A stretch of DNA of 38,348 nucleotides. It comes from a virus (Duplodnaviria; Caudoviricetes). The stretch covers positions 1 to 38,348 of the IMG/VR virus record IMGVR_UViG_3300006752_003453; one strand, written 5' to 3'. The translations under genes were made by a program, and so were the position numbers. The number at the start of each line of letters is the position of its first letter. The first letter of the stretch is position 1. The notes under the pieces are model-generated. The model had not been told where the DNA came from. It ran no database searches and saw only the letters and a program-made list of their open reading frames with translations. Positions 27,724-35,475 of this stretch are shown piece by piece.

Positions 27724-28133
27724 TATGCCTCCTTGCTTGGGTCCCACATAACTAAATTTTTCTTCTTAAGCCTGTTTGTTATAATAGTATATCTATTTTG
27801 TTCTTCTTTCCATTCTTTTAACCATTTATGTCCATCACGTTCTGCATCAACAAAGATTGCATTAGTAAATGCTAATGGTAGTAAAATAGAAATATGTATT
27901 ACAATACTAATAACAGTATTATAATTAAAAAACCCTAAGTAGTTTGCGGCTAAGAAGCCAAAGAATACACTCCATATAGTAAACAGTACTAGCATAAAGT
28001 ATGTCTGTAAACTTGGATCTTTAATTACTCTTAATGGATTAAATCTCACATCCATTACACGTCTCCAGCCATTTACAAGTCCCATTACAGTTCTTCTAAA
28101 TAAACTAGGTTTGTTAATACTTGGTTCTATCAT
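27723..28133 (-). CDS. Hypothetical membrane protein (2 TM segments)
   Basis: WRRVMDVRFNPLR followed by two hydrophobic helices. AGGAG RBS. Confidence 0.75.
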   Translation of the reverse strand: MIEPSINKPSLFRRTVMGLVNGWRRVMDVRFNPLRVIKDPSLQTYFMLVLFTIWSVFFGFLAANYLGFFNYNTVISIVIHISILLPLAFTNAIFVDAERDGHKWLKEWKEEQNRYTIITNRLKKKNLVMWDPSKEA

Positions 28134-28142
28134 TTCATTCTC

Positions 28143-28238
28143 CTATTCTATGTGATTTCTCACAAACTCTTTTACTACATGTAAGCCTACTGACGCCCAT
28201 GTAATTACAATTAAACTCCATATTAATATCTCAATCAT
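28143..28238 (-). CDS. 31-aa single-TM peptide (absent from ORF track)
   Basis: MIEILIWSLIVITWASVGLHVVKEFVRNHIE*. Fills the gap. Confidence 0.55.
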   Translation of the reverse strand: MIEILIWSLIVITWASVGLHVVKEFVRNHIE

Positions 28239-28244
28239 TATCCA

Positions 28245-28421
28245 TTAAAATTTGTCTAACTCTGTAATTATTTCCTCAGGTATGTCAGCACCATTCTTTA
28301 CAAGAAACTTAAACAATAACACAACTAACTCCTGAATATCTTCCTCATATTGAAAGTCTCCATCATAAGATGCAGATGTTTTAATTCCATCATCGTCTGT
28401 CGCTGTTATATCTATTCTCAT
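28245..28421 (-). CDS. Small acidic hypothetical protein (58 aa, absent from ORF track)
   Basis: MRIDITATDDDGIKTSASYDGDFQYEEDIQELVVLLFKFLVKNGADIPEEIITELDKF*. ATGA overlap with the upstream gene. Confidence 0.65.
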   Translation of the reverse strand: MRIDITATDDDGIKTSASYDGDFQYEEDIQELVVLLFKFLVKNGADIPEEIITELDKF

Positions 28422-28930
28422 TCTACTGGCTTATCGCCTCCATCAGTATATTTAGACCAAGGTATAAAATGTTCTTGATCTAATACGTTATGTAAATGCA
28501 TTGACCATGTACCTTCATTAGTTTGATCAAACCCTTTATCATTTACTTTAAATGCTGTATTGAAATTATATTTAGACGAATTAGGTAATATATTGACAAT
28601 AACAGGTATAAAATTGCTAAAATCATGTAATCCCATCTTAAATATATCTTCTGCATACTTAACATCAAACTCTAATGTTAGTTTAACACCGTTTTCACAA
28701 ATATGCAAGAGTAATTCTTCCCATAGTTTCCATTGATCAAATCTTGCAGGATCAAAATAGCATATATGAATGTGTGTACATTTTTCATTTAATGCTCTAC
28801 TAAGAATCTCTTGGACTGGTTGGTACCCTGCTACAAACAAGGTATCTTCACCTTGTGCAACAGTATTGTCAACTTCTTGTCCTACAAAAAATTTAACATC
28901 ATTAAAATTTGGTTTATCCTTCACCGTCAA
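28418..28930 (-). CDS. Hypothetical protein coupled to the TGT/DpdA-like gene
   Basis: FFVGQEVDNT..GEDTLFV...KVNDKGFDQTNEGTW...WSKY. Overlaps the dpdA-like stop. Confidence 0.7.
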   Translation of the reverse strand: MTVKDKPNFNDVKFFVGQEVDNTVAQGEDTLFVAGYQPVQEILSRALNEKCTHIHICYFDPARFDQWKLWEELLLHICENGVKLTLEFDVKYAEDIFKMGLHDFSNFIPVIVNILPNSSKYNFNTAFKVNDKGFDQTNEGTWSMHLHNVLDQEHFIPWSKYTDGGDKPVE

Positions 28931-30455
28931 ATTCTCCTGTCATTATTTCGTGTGTCATATCTTCGTCCCTGTCTCCCTCAATATATTCTTCTTGTTCAAA
29001 GAAACTACCAAAGTTATTACTTTTACCAGCAACCCAACCATTCTGTGTAATTTCATCTAGGAACAGTTTGTTATCCTCTAACATTTTATAAGGATTTGGA
29101 TTTGCAGGGTCTAATAATTCCTCAACGAATTGATCAAACATAAGTATAATACCTGGTACATGAGGACTTCTTTCATTAATATTAGAAGTTTTCTTTTCAC
29201 CAGTTCTATAGTCTTTCCAATTAATTTTAGTTCTATGTTTTTCAACATCAGCAAGTCTGTTTGCTTCTATAAAGGCTTCTATGTGATTATGTACACTATG
29301 CCCCATATATAAACTATAACTTAAAGTGTCCCAACTAGTTCTTGATTCTTTACCTGCTTTATTAAGATCTCCATGTCCTTGTACACAAATATCTCCTACT
29401 TTAAGTCTATCCATAATAGGACCTTTAAAAGGCATTGGCATAGTTGAACCTTTAAGATCTTTATTATCTATAGCCTTATCCATAAAGTAACCAAAACGTT
29501 TCTTATCAAAGAAGTTGTAAGTGTATGTTTGGCCATATGCTGTATTAACAAAAGGTGAGGCCGCATCATAACTAATCTGTATATTAGGACTATCATGCTT
29601 TCTTAACTGTCTTTGTATACTTGTTAGGTAACAACCCCAATGTAATTTACCTGTACCTAAACAATGTATCCAACCTTTATCTTTAAGTAAGCCACGTTCT
29701 CTAAGTTGAAGTAACCTTTTAAGTAGTTGCTCCATTTGTCCAATGTTAATACCTGCCATTGCATAGCCTTCTAGTGTTCTTGCTTCATCACCATAGTTTT
29801 CTTTTACAAATGCAGGGTCACTAAATGGAGTAACTAAATCAAACCATTCTTGTGCCGAGGCATCATCTGCCCCACTAAGAACATTTAAAAACTTAGTTGC
29901 ACCTGGCACTCTATTTTTAACAAAGTAATCCAAGTTATACATACTCATATCTATTGTTTGTTTAACGTCAGTGAGTCCTGTCTTTTTATTATAAGGAGGT
30001 ATGGCCGCGAATGCTGGAAAGTCTAATGTCATACTCCAGTCTGCTGTGTACTCCATCCAACGCAACATCTTCTCACATAGGGCTTCTCTGGCCTTACTAT
30101 CAGGCTTAATTGCATCTTCCCAGTCTAGTTTAATAACGCCCTTAGCAACCTGGAAGCCACCAGAATCACCTAGTATAACTGTTTTACTTCTATCACGTTT
30201 TTGTATCATACGTTCGTGTATATCAGTTTTATCTAAGTCTAACTGGGCATGACCGGCTGAATATAAACCATATGGATAATAGTAGTAACCAACTTCTTCA
30301 TCTAAAAAGTTAAGTCCCTGTAGACCTCTATCAAAGCCTTCAGGGCATCTCATAGTGTCTACTTCATCTTCATATTTTGCTAATTGCCTAGTATAAAAGG
30401 CACTAATAGCCGGTAAGTATAATGCATAGTCTTCTGTTTTCTTATTAAAATCCAT
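28914..30455 (-). CDS. dpdA: tRNA-guanine transglycosylase-like protein, probable DNA-guanine transglycosylase (DpdA family)
   Basis: LGDSGGFQ catalytic motif, MTLDFP, FLNVLSG, IHCLGTG, SYDAASPF. No CxCxxC zinc site. Clustered with folE, queE and the T-fold gene, next to the polymerase. Confidence 0.78.
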   Translation of the reverse strand: MDFNKKTEDYALYLPAISAFYTRQLAKYEDEVDTMRCPEGFDRGLQGLNFLDEEVGYYYYPYGLYSAGHAQLDLDKTDIHERMIQKRDRSKTVILGDSGGFQVAKGVIKLDWEDAIKPDSKAREALCEKMLRWMEYTADWSMTLDFPAFAAIPPYNKKTGLTDVKQTIDMSMYNLDYFVKNRVPGATKFLNVLSGADDASAQEWFDLVTPFSDPAFVKENYGDEARTLEGYAMAGINIGQMEQLLKRLLQLRERGLLKDKGWIHCLGTGKLHWGCYLTSIQRQLRKHDSPNIQISYDAASPFVNTAYGQTYTYNFFDKKRFGYFMDKAIDNKDLKGSTMPMPFKGPIMDRLKVGDICVQGHGDLNKAGKESRTSWDTLSYSLYMGHSVHNHIEAFIEANRLADVEKHRTKINWKDYRTGEKKTSNINERSPHVPGIILMFDQFVEELLDPANPNPYKMLEDNKLFLDEITQNGWVAGKSNNFGSFFEQEEYIEGDRDEDMTHEIMTGEFDGEG

Positions 30456-30649
30456 TATGTATCACTCTCACTTTTATATAGTAGATAAACAAATCCTAAA
30501 CCTGCCACAGTTCCTACATTATTGTTTATCCATTCTAATGAAGGTCCCATTATATCAATACTAAGTAATACTCCAGTCACTACTGCTAGTAGGAAAAGCA
30601 TTCCTGCTAATTCAAATAAATTTGTAATTATATTTGCTACAATTTTCAT
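30455..30649 (-). CDS. Small membrane protein (2 hydrophobic segments)
   Basis: TAATG coupling on both sides. Confidence 0.65.
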   Translation of the reverse strand: MKIVANIITNLFELAGMLFLLAVVTGVLLSIDIMGPSLEWINNNVGTVAGLGFVYLLYKSESDT

Positions 30650-31395
30650 TAACTTTTTGCTGGCAACAAGTATGTATATTTTGCCATTCCACTATCTACA
30701 ATAATTTGTAATAGTCCTTCATCATTAATACTTAATACACATTTACCTGTATCACTTAATCTTATAATTCTTAAAACAATGTCTAGTGGCCACTTCCAGT
30801 CACCTTTAAGAGAACCATCTATTTCATTACTAATTAAAATTTTAGTTCTATCACTTACACCGTCACCAATATGGAACCATAAATCAGTACCATTAGTTTT
30901 AGGACTAAAGTTTGCTTCAAATTGTCCTAATACACTATTAAAGTAATTTAAATCCTTTAAGTTTTTATCACTAGGAACAATATTAACATCAAACTCCGCA
31001 CCTTTAAACTTAATTGCTTTAAGTTGTTGATTGATTACTTCTGCTGACATGAATCTGTAGTTTGCAGTAGTGCCATCAGAACTACCAAACTCAACTTCAA
31101 CTGGAACATTTTCACCGTTGCGTTCTTGTGTTACAACTTTAATAGAGCCTGTGTCATCATCAAACCCAGGATATTGTAAGTTACCTTGTAAAACAGACAT
31201 TCTACTTAAACCAACTGTTGAATCAACAAAGTCAGGATAAGGACTATGTGTCTCACCTTTTAAAATTACAGTCTTGTCTGCATCAACAGTTTCTATTTCT
31301 GTAGACTCAACACTTCCTGTAAGTTTTACTGAATCAAATATTCCTAAACTATGTGTGTGTTTAAGAACATCTTTTAATATATCTTTTATTGCCAT
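30649..31395 (-). CDS. Probable DNA polymerase sliding clamp (gp45/PCNA-like)
   Basis: 248 aa, beta-rich, C-terminal YTYLLPA, immediately downstream of a polymerase that ends in a clamp-binding-like peptide. Confidence 0.6.
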   Translation of the reverse strand: MAIKDILKDVLKHTHSLGIFDSVKLTGSVESTEIETVDADKTVILKGETHSPYPDFVDSTVGLSRMSVLQGNLQYPGFDDDTGSIKVVTQERNGENVPVEVEFGSSDGTTANYRFMSAEVINQQLKAIKFKGAEFDVNIVPSDKNLKDLNYFNSVLGQFEANFSPKTNGTDLWFHIGDGVSDRTKILISNEIDGSLKGDWKWPLDIVLRIIRLSDTGKCVLSINDEGLLQIIVDSGMAKYTYLLPAKS

Positions 31396-31419
31396 TTTTT
31401 AATCTCCGCGAATACATTC

Positions 31420-31447
31420 ATTATACATTATTATTTAGATAAGTCAA
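31420..31447 (-). promoter_or_regulatory. Sigma70-type promoter for the clamp-dpdA operon
   Basis: TTGACT-16 nt-TATAAT, then a GGAG RBS. Confidence 0.7.
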
Positions 31448-31471
31448 TTGTTTTTTTCCACTTTTTTAAGA

Positions 31472-34153
31472 TCAAAATTCAAAAAATGTTGATAATGTTT
31501 TACTTTGTGTGGTCCTATCTAAGTCAAATCCCATAGGATTCAACACGTTCTTCACTTTTTTATCTACAACTGTTTGTTCCATTGCGTCATCATCAAACGG
31601 CAAGTCTTTAAACCACTGGGGTAGATTAAGTTCATCAGTAGGATATGCAATACTTGTATATCCCATTGGATTTGTTTTTAATTTACATACAATAACTTTT
31701 GCACCATCTGTAATAGGTAAACTGTATGCATCACTATTGGCTTCTCTTAATGTATTCCAATTAATACTTGCTCTAACATGTCCAGGAATCATTGTGCTTT
31801 TACCTTCTTGTTCTAGCAAATCAAGTTTATGTAATCTCATATTACTAGATACTCTAGATTGTTGTACCATTTTACTTGTATACATTGTGACGTTGTTGGC
31901 ACGTTTGGGTGTTCCTTTTTCCCAAGCAGGCAAGTTTTTAAAATATTCTTTAAATGCTATAATTTTATCTAACACTTCACTTTCACTTGCACCATTTAAA
32001 CAATCAACTAAAACATCCTCTAAAAAGTCCTGTATAAACTCAGGTGTATCAGAACGTTTAATTTCTAAACCCATTGCTTTTAGTTTGCCACCTTCTGGTT
32101 GATATCCTTCAATATCTAAACATAAGATTGCATATCTTTTCTTAGTGAGGAAAAGTCCTGCTTTACCTACAACCTCTCTACCAGCAACCATAACAGCACC
32201 TTTATCAAGGGGAATATTAAATGTGTCTTTTAACATTTGAGGGAAAGTATCACTAACAGTATCAGATATATGATCATACAATTTAATTGCACTATCCATA
32301 TTAAGTACTTCTCCTTCAGGAAGAGCAGGAACGGCCGTAAAGTATACAGAGTCAGTATCACCATATACAATAGTATCGCCCTCATAATCATATAAGCCTG
32401 TTAGCATACGATTTGTTTCCGCCGCCATATGTTGTGTAATACTTCTACCAGTTAATGTTGTACTTTGTCCTATACGTTTATCATAAAATCTACAACCAGG
32501 ATTAAGTAGAGCACCATATAAACTGTTCAACTGAATCTTTTTAACCAACTGTCTCTTATCCCAAAATGCTTGTTCTTCAGGAGTGGTTGCGGCTTTCTTC
32601 TTTGCCTGCATTTCTTGTCTTTCTTTATACCAACGTTCTAATAGACCAGGAACAATACCTTGAAAGTCTGTTTTAAAAATAGTACCATTTGCACTTATAC
32701 ACCAAGGTTGTCCACTATTAAAAATTAAGTTATAAACATCTGCACCCGTGACTTCATGTGTTGAACCATCTTCCATATCCAAAAACATCTTGTGATCAAC
32801 ATCTTTATTTTTAACAAACTCAAATTCATTAGTAGCAAATTTACCATGCCATGCATCTGCAAAACTTTTCTTTTCTAGTTTTTGTGCATTTGTAATTTCT
32901 TCTATTGTATAATCATCTCTAAGTTGCCCAACAATAGTTTCTCCTCCCATGTTTAAAGCACGGATAACACTAGGGTATAGGGAGTTTAAGTCCATACTAC
33001 CTACCCATTCATGAAAGCCTTTCTTAGGAGTTGCCACAAAGGCACCAGCCGCAGTATCTTTTTCTGCCGCTTTGTTTCTATCAGGCACTACCATATTACG
33101 TCTATGTGCCTCATTAATAATAGCAGACTCTGTAGTTGCTACTGCACCCATAGTAGTTGGAATTAATACAGTATTTTCGTGTGCAATAATATTTGCTAAG
33201 TCAATAAACTGTAACTTCTTGTCCATTTTGTCTAGCAACATAACATCCTGAATGTTATATTCTAAAAACTTTAGGAAGTCATGATTGTATAATCTATCTA
33301 AACTTCCCTCATAGGCAACTTTTTTCTCACCTACTTCCATCTCACCAATATAGTCTAATCTATAACTATGCCTTTCCTCATAATTATATTTTCTGTATAG
33401 TTCTAAATAGTCTAGATGTATTCTCCCAACTAAGTCATAACTGCTTGTAATCTTACCAAACTTTTCATACTGTCGTTCTTTAGGAAGTTTTTTAAGCAAA
33501 CACATACGTCTTGTTTCTGCTTTACCTAATGTTTTAATAATCCTATTAATAGTGTAAGGAATATCATACCCTTCTGAGTTCCAACCACTTAATACATCTG
33601 CATCTTCTATAACATCTAAAAATGCATCAAGCATTTCTTTTTCAGTTTTAAATAACATTACTTCAGGTAATGGCTTTGCTACTTCTAACGCCTGTTCCCA
33701 AGTTAATGTTTTAGGAGGAACTGCTAAACATACCATAGCATCCATCCATTGTAAGTAAACACCTATAGCAGTGATAGGCGTGAAAGGATCATCTGGACTA
33801 CTAAACCCTCTTGCAGGATCGAAGTCTACCTCAATATCAAAAAATGCTGTTTGTAATTTAGGAGCATCAACATTTAAATAATGCTGTGCTAGTGTTTTGT
33901 TGATAGGGCGAATGTCACTTTCAAACATTCCATTATGCTTGTTAATACCTACATTCTTTTTAAAGTCTTTAATGTTTTGGCATTTTACTTCTGTAACTGG
34001 ATGTCCAAATATGCTTTTATGCTTACCTTGTGGATCACCATAATAAAAGTTATGCTCTGGTTTTAGTTCTTTAATTATACGTTGACCATCCACACGTTCT
34101 ACTACTGTGACAATGTCTTTGCCCTGCTCGTAAAATGCGTCTACATAACTCAT
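31472..34153 (-). CDS. Family B DNA polymerase (T4 gp43-like)
   Basis: Exo I FDIEVD, Exo II WNSEGYDIPY, Exo III YNIQDV, motif A DLNSLYPS, motif B KIQLNSLYG, motif C YGDTDS, KKRY, C-terminal TLSTFFEF. Confidence 0.97.
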   Translation of the reverse strand: MSYVDAFYEQGKDIVTVVERVDGQRIIKELKPEHNFYYGDPQGKHKSIFGHPVTEVKCQNIKDFKKNVGINKHNGMFESDIRPINKTLAQHYLNVDAPKLQTAFFDIEVDFDPARGFSSPDDPFTPITAIGVYLQWMDAMVCLAVPPKTLTWEQALEVAKPLPEVMLFKTEKEMLDAFLDVIEDADVLSGWNSEGYDIPYTINRIIKTLGKAETRRMCLLKKLPKERQYEKFGKITSSYDLVGRIHLDYLELYRKYNYEERHSYRLDYIGEMEVGEKKVAYEGSLDRLYNHDFLKFLEYNIQDVMLLDKMDKKLQFIDLANIIAHENTVLIPTTMGAVATTESAIINEAHRRNMVVPDRNKAAEKDTAAGAFVATPKKGFHEWVGSMDLNSLYPSVIRALNMGGETIVGQLRDDYTIEEITNAQKLEKKSFADAWHGKFATNEFEFVKNKDVDHKMFLDMEDGSTHEVTGADVYNLIFNSGQPWCISANGTIFKTDFQGIVPGLLERWYKERQEMQAKKKAATTPEEQAFWDKRQLVKKIQLNSLYGALLNPGCRFYDKRIGQSTTLTGRSITQHMAAETNRMLTGLYDYEGDTIVYGDTDSVYFTAVPALPEGEVLNMDSAIKLYDHISDTVSDTFPQMLKDTFNIPLDKGAVMVAGREVVGKAGLFLTKKRYAILCLDIEGYQPEGGKLKAMGLEIKRSDTPEFIQDFLEDVLVDCLNGASESEVLDKIIAFKEYFKNLPAWEKGTPKRANNVTMYTSKMVQQSRVSSNMRLHKLDLLEQEGKSTMIPGHVRASINWNTLREANSDAYSLPITDGAKVIVCKLKTNPMGYTSIAYPTDELNLPQWFKDLPFDDDAMEQTVVDKKVKNVLNPMGFDLDRTTQSKTLSTFFEF

Positions 34154-34176
34154 AGATATACTGTCCTCATTATGCT

Positions 34177-34205
34177 ATTATACAGCATAATTTGTAGTTT
34201 GTCAA
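34177..34205 (-). promoter_or_regulatory. Sigma70-type promoter of the polymerase gene
   Basis: TTGACA-17 nt-TATAAT. Confidence 0.8.
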
Positions 34206-34209
34206 TGTA

Positions 34210-34473
34210 TTAAAGTGTTTTTCCGACTGACTCTAAAATTGTTTCTAGTTCGTCAAACTTGTCGTACTCATCTGTAAATGATGCCTTATGAGCAACCTTA
34301 ACTGCTTTCATTAAAACTGCTGGTTTAAGATCCATTTCTTCTGCTATTGCTTTAACTGTTTCTCTTAATCCTGTATTAAGAGCGTCTACTTCATGAAGTA
34401 CTTGATCGCCTTCATTGATAAGTTTTTTTAATCTTGCTATTTCTTCTTGGTTGAATGTTTTATTAAATGCCAT
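34210..34473 (-). CDS. Small dsDNA-binding protein (T4 DsbA/GapR-like)
   Basis: 87-aa helical protein, L...I.E......EVDAL...LRETVKAIAEE..LKP..L.K.VK..HK pattern, beside the polymerase. Confidence 0.6.
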   Translation of the reverse strand: MAFNKTFNQEEIARLKKLINEGDQVLHEVDALNTGLRETVKAIAEEMDLKPAVLMKAVKVAHKASFTDEYDKFDELETILESVGKTL

Positions 34474-34503
34474 ATTTTTATACCCTGTATATGTCTGTAA
34501 CTG

Positions 34504-34551
34504 TATTTATTAGTGAAAAACATATTATAACAGAAATATAGGCTATGTCAA
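34504..34551 (-). promoter_or_regulatory. Tandem sigma70 promoter and late-type motif
   Basis: TTGACA(34551-34546)-16 nt-TATAAT(34529-34524), plus ATAAATA at 34504-34510. Confidence 0.7.
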
Positions 34552-34757
34552 TCTTTTATGAATGTATTTACTTTTATATTTAATTGTGGCTTAGGAACAA
34601 AGCCATTAGGTATATCTACATCAACAACATACACACCTTTAGTGCCTATAAATTGTTCCATAGATACTTCATTTAATATTCTGGAATCGGTTATTTGGTT
34701 GCCTGATTCGTCATAGGCTATGAACTGGTCGCCAGTAAAATGAACCTCTACTAGCAT
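34548..34757 (-). CDS. Hypothetical protein (69 aa)
   Basis: TAATG coupling. Confidence 0.65.
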   Translation of the reverse strand: MLVEVHFTGDQFIAYDESGNQITDSRILNEVSMEQFIGTKGVYVVDVDIPNGFVPKPQLNIKVNTFIKD

Positions 34758-35065
34758 TAAACTTCTAAACTTGCTTCAAAGGTAAAGTCTATTTCAGGAA
34801 ATTCCAAGTATAACTCTTTTGATATTTCATCTCCCTCATCTTCATCAATTTGAGATTCAAGTATGATTTCGTATATCCACATCTCGCCGTCATTGTCTTC
34901 GCTGGTGTAAGCCATAACCTCTACACCTACTCTGACTTTTTCTTCGTCGTATGCTGTTAGTACTTTTGTTGGAACAACACTTTGTACAATATCAAAGAAG
35001 ACGATAACGTCCTCATCAGGAAGTTCTTCCCTTACTAATATCCTTACAAAGTGTTTAATAAACAT
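34757..35065 (-). CDS. Acidic hypothetical protein (102 aa)
   Basis: Co-oriented ORF. Confidence 0.7.
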   Translation of the reverse strand: MFIKHFVRILVREELPDEDVIVFFDIVQSVVPTKVLTAYDEEKVRVGVEVMAYTSEDNDGEMWIYEIILESQIDEDEGDEISKELYLEFPEIDFTFEASLEV

Positions 35066-35070
35066 TACTT

Positions 35071-35397
35071 TTACTTACCTTTACTATATGCTTGTGAACC
35101 AAAGAATGCGGCAACAATACCAGCAACTGCTACAAAGTATGTAGCGGCCATATCGCCTAGTATTTTACTTGCACTTTCTAATCCAAACAATACTGCTAAT
35201 ACTACTGCAAATGGATATAACAATAATCCACCTAAAGCAAACCATGTCATCTTTCTTTGTGCATCACGCATGGCGTCTGCATCTTCAAGTTCTTTTCTTT
35301 TAAACTCCATATACATGTCATGTTCTGCTTTAGAGACTTTACCGTCTCCATTTGTATCAGCAGGATGAAATTCTTTTTTATCTGTGTCTTCTGCCAT
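35071..35397 (-). CDS. EF-hand-containing two-TM membrane protein (holin-like topology)
   Basis: DTNGDGKVSKAE canonical EF loop, two hydrophobic helices, basic C-terminus. GGGAG RBS and GATAAATA at 35426-35433. Confidence 0.7.
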   Translation of the reverse strand: MAEDTDKKEFHPADTNGDGKVSKAEHDMYMEFKRKELEDADAMRDAQRKMTWFALGGLLLYPFAVVLAVLFGLESASKILGDMAATYFVAVAGIVAAFFGSQAYSKGK

Positions 35398-35425
35398 TGT
35401 ATAACTCCCTAATTTGTTATACTAC

Positions 35426-35470
35426 TATTTATCAGTATGATATAAACTTATTTAAACACTATAATAAATA
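35426..35470. promoter_or_regulatory. Divergent late-type promoter motifs
   Basis: GATAAATA on minus (35426-35433) and ATAAATA on plus (35464-35470), each pointing into its gene. Confidence 0.5.
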
Positions 35471-35475
35471 TAGAC

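Noticed and set aside
28914-30455. Ordinary tRNA-modifying Tgt for queuosine
   Set aside because: It lacks the CxCxxC zinc site, is much longer, has no queA/queF/queG nearby and sits in the replication operon. The only tRNA here (Arg-UCU) is not a Q substrate. A DNA target is preferred but unproven.
31509-32102. 197-aa + strand ORF antisense to the DNA polymerase, and similar antisense ORFs (15953, 21797, 22647, 35051, etc.)
   Set aside because: These are shadow frames of well-supported genes, with Ser/Leu/Phe-rich composition, no RBS and no motifs.
31472-34153. Intein or intron in the DNA polymerase
   Set aside because: The ORF is continuous at 893 aa with no intein-like C...HN junctions or LAGLIDADG motifs. 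The segment between motifs A and B is within what T4-like polymerases show.
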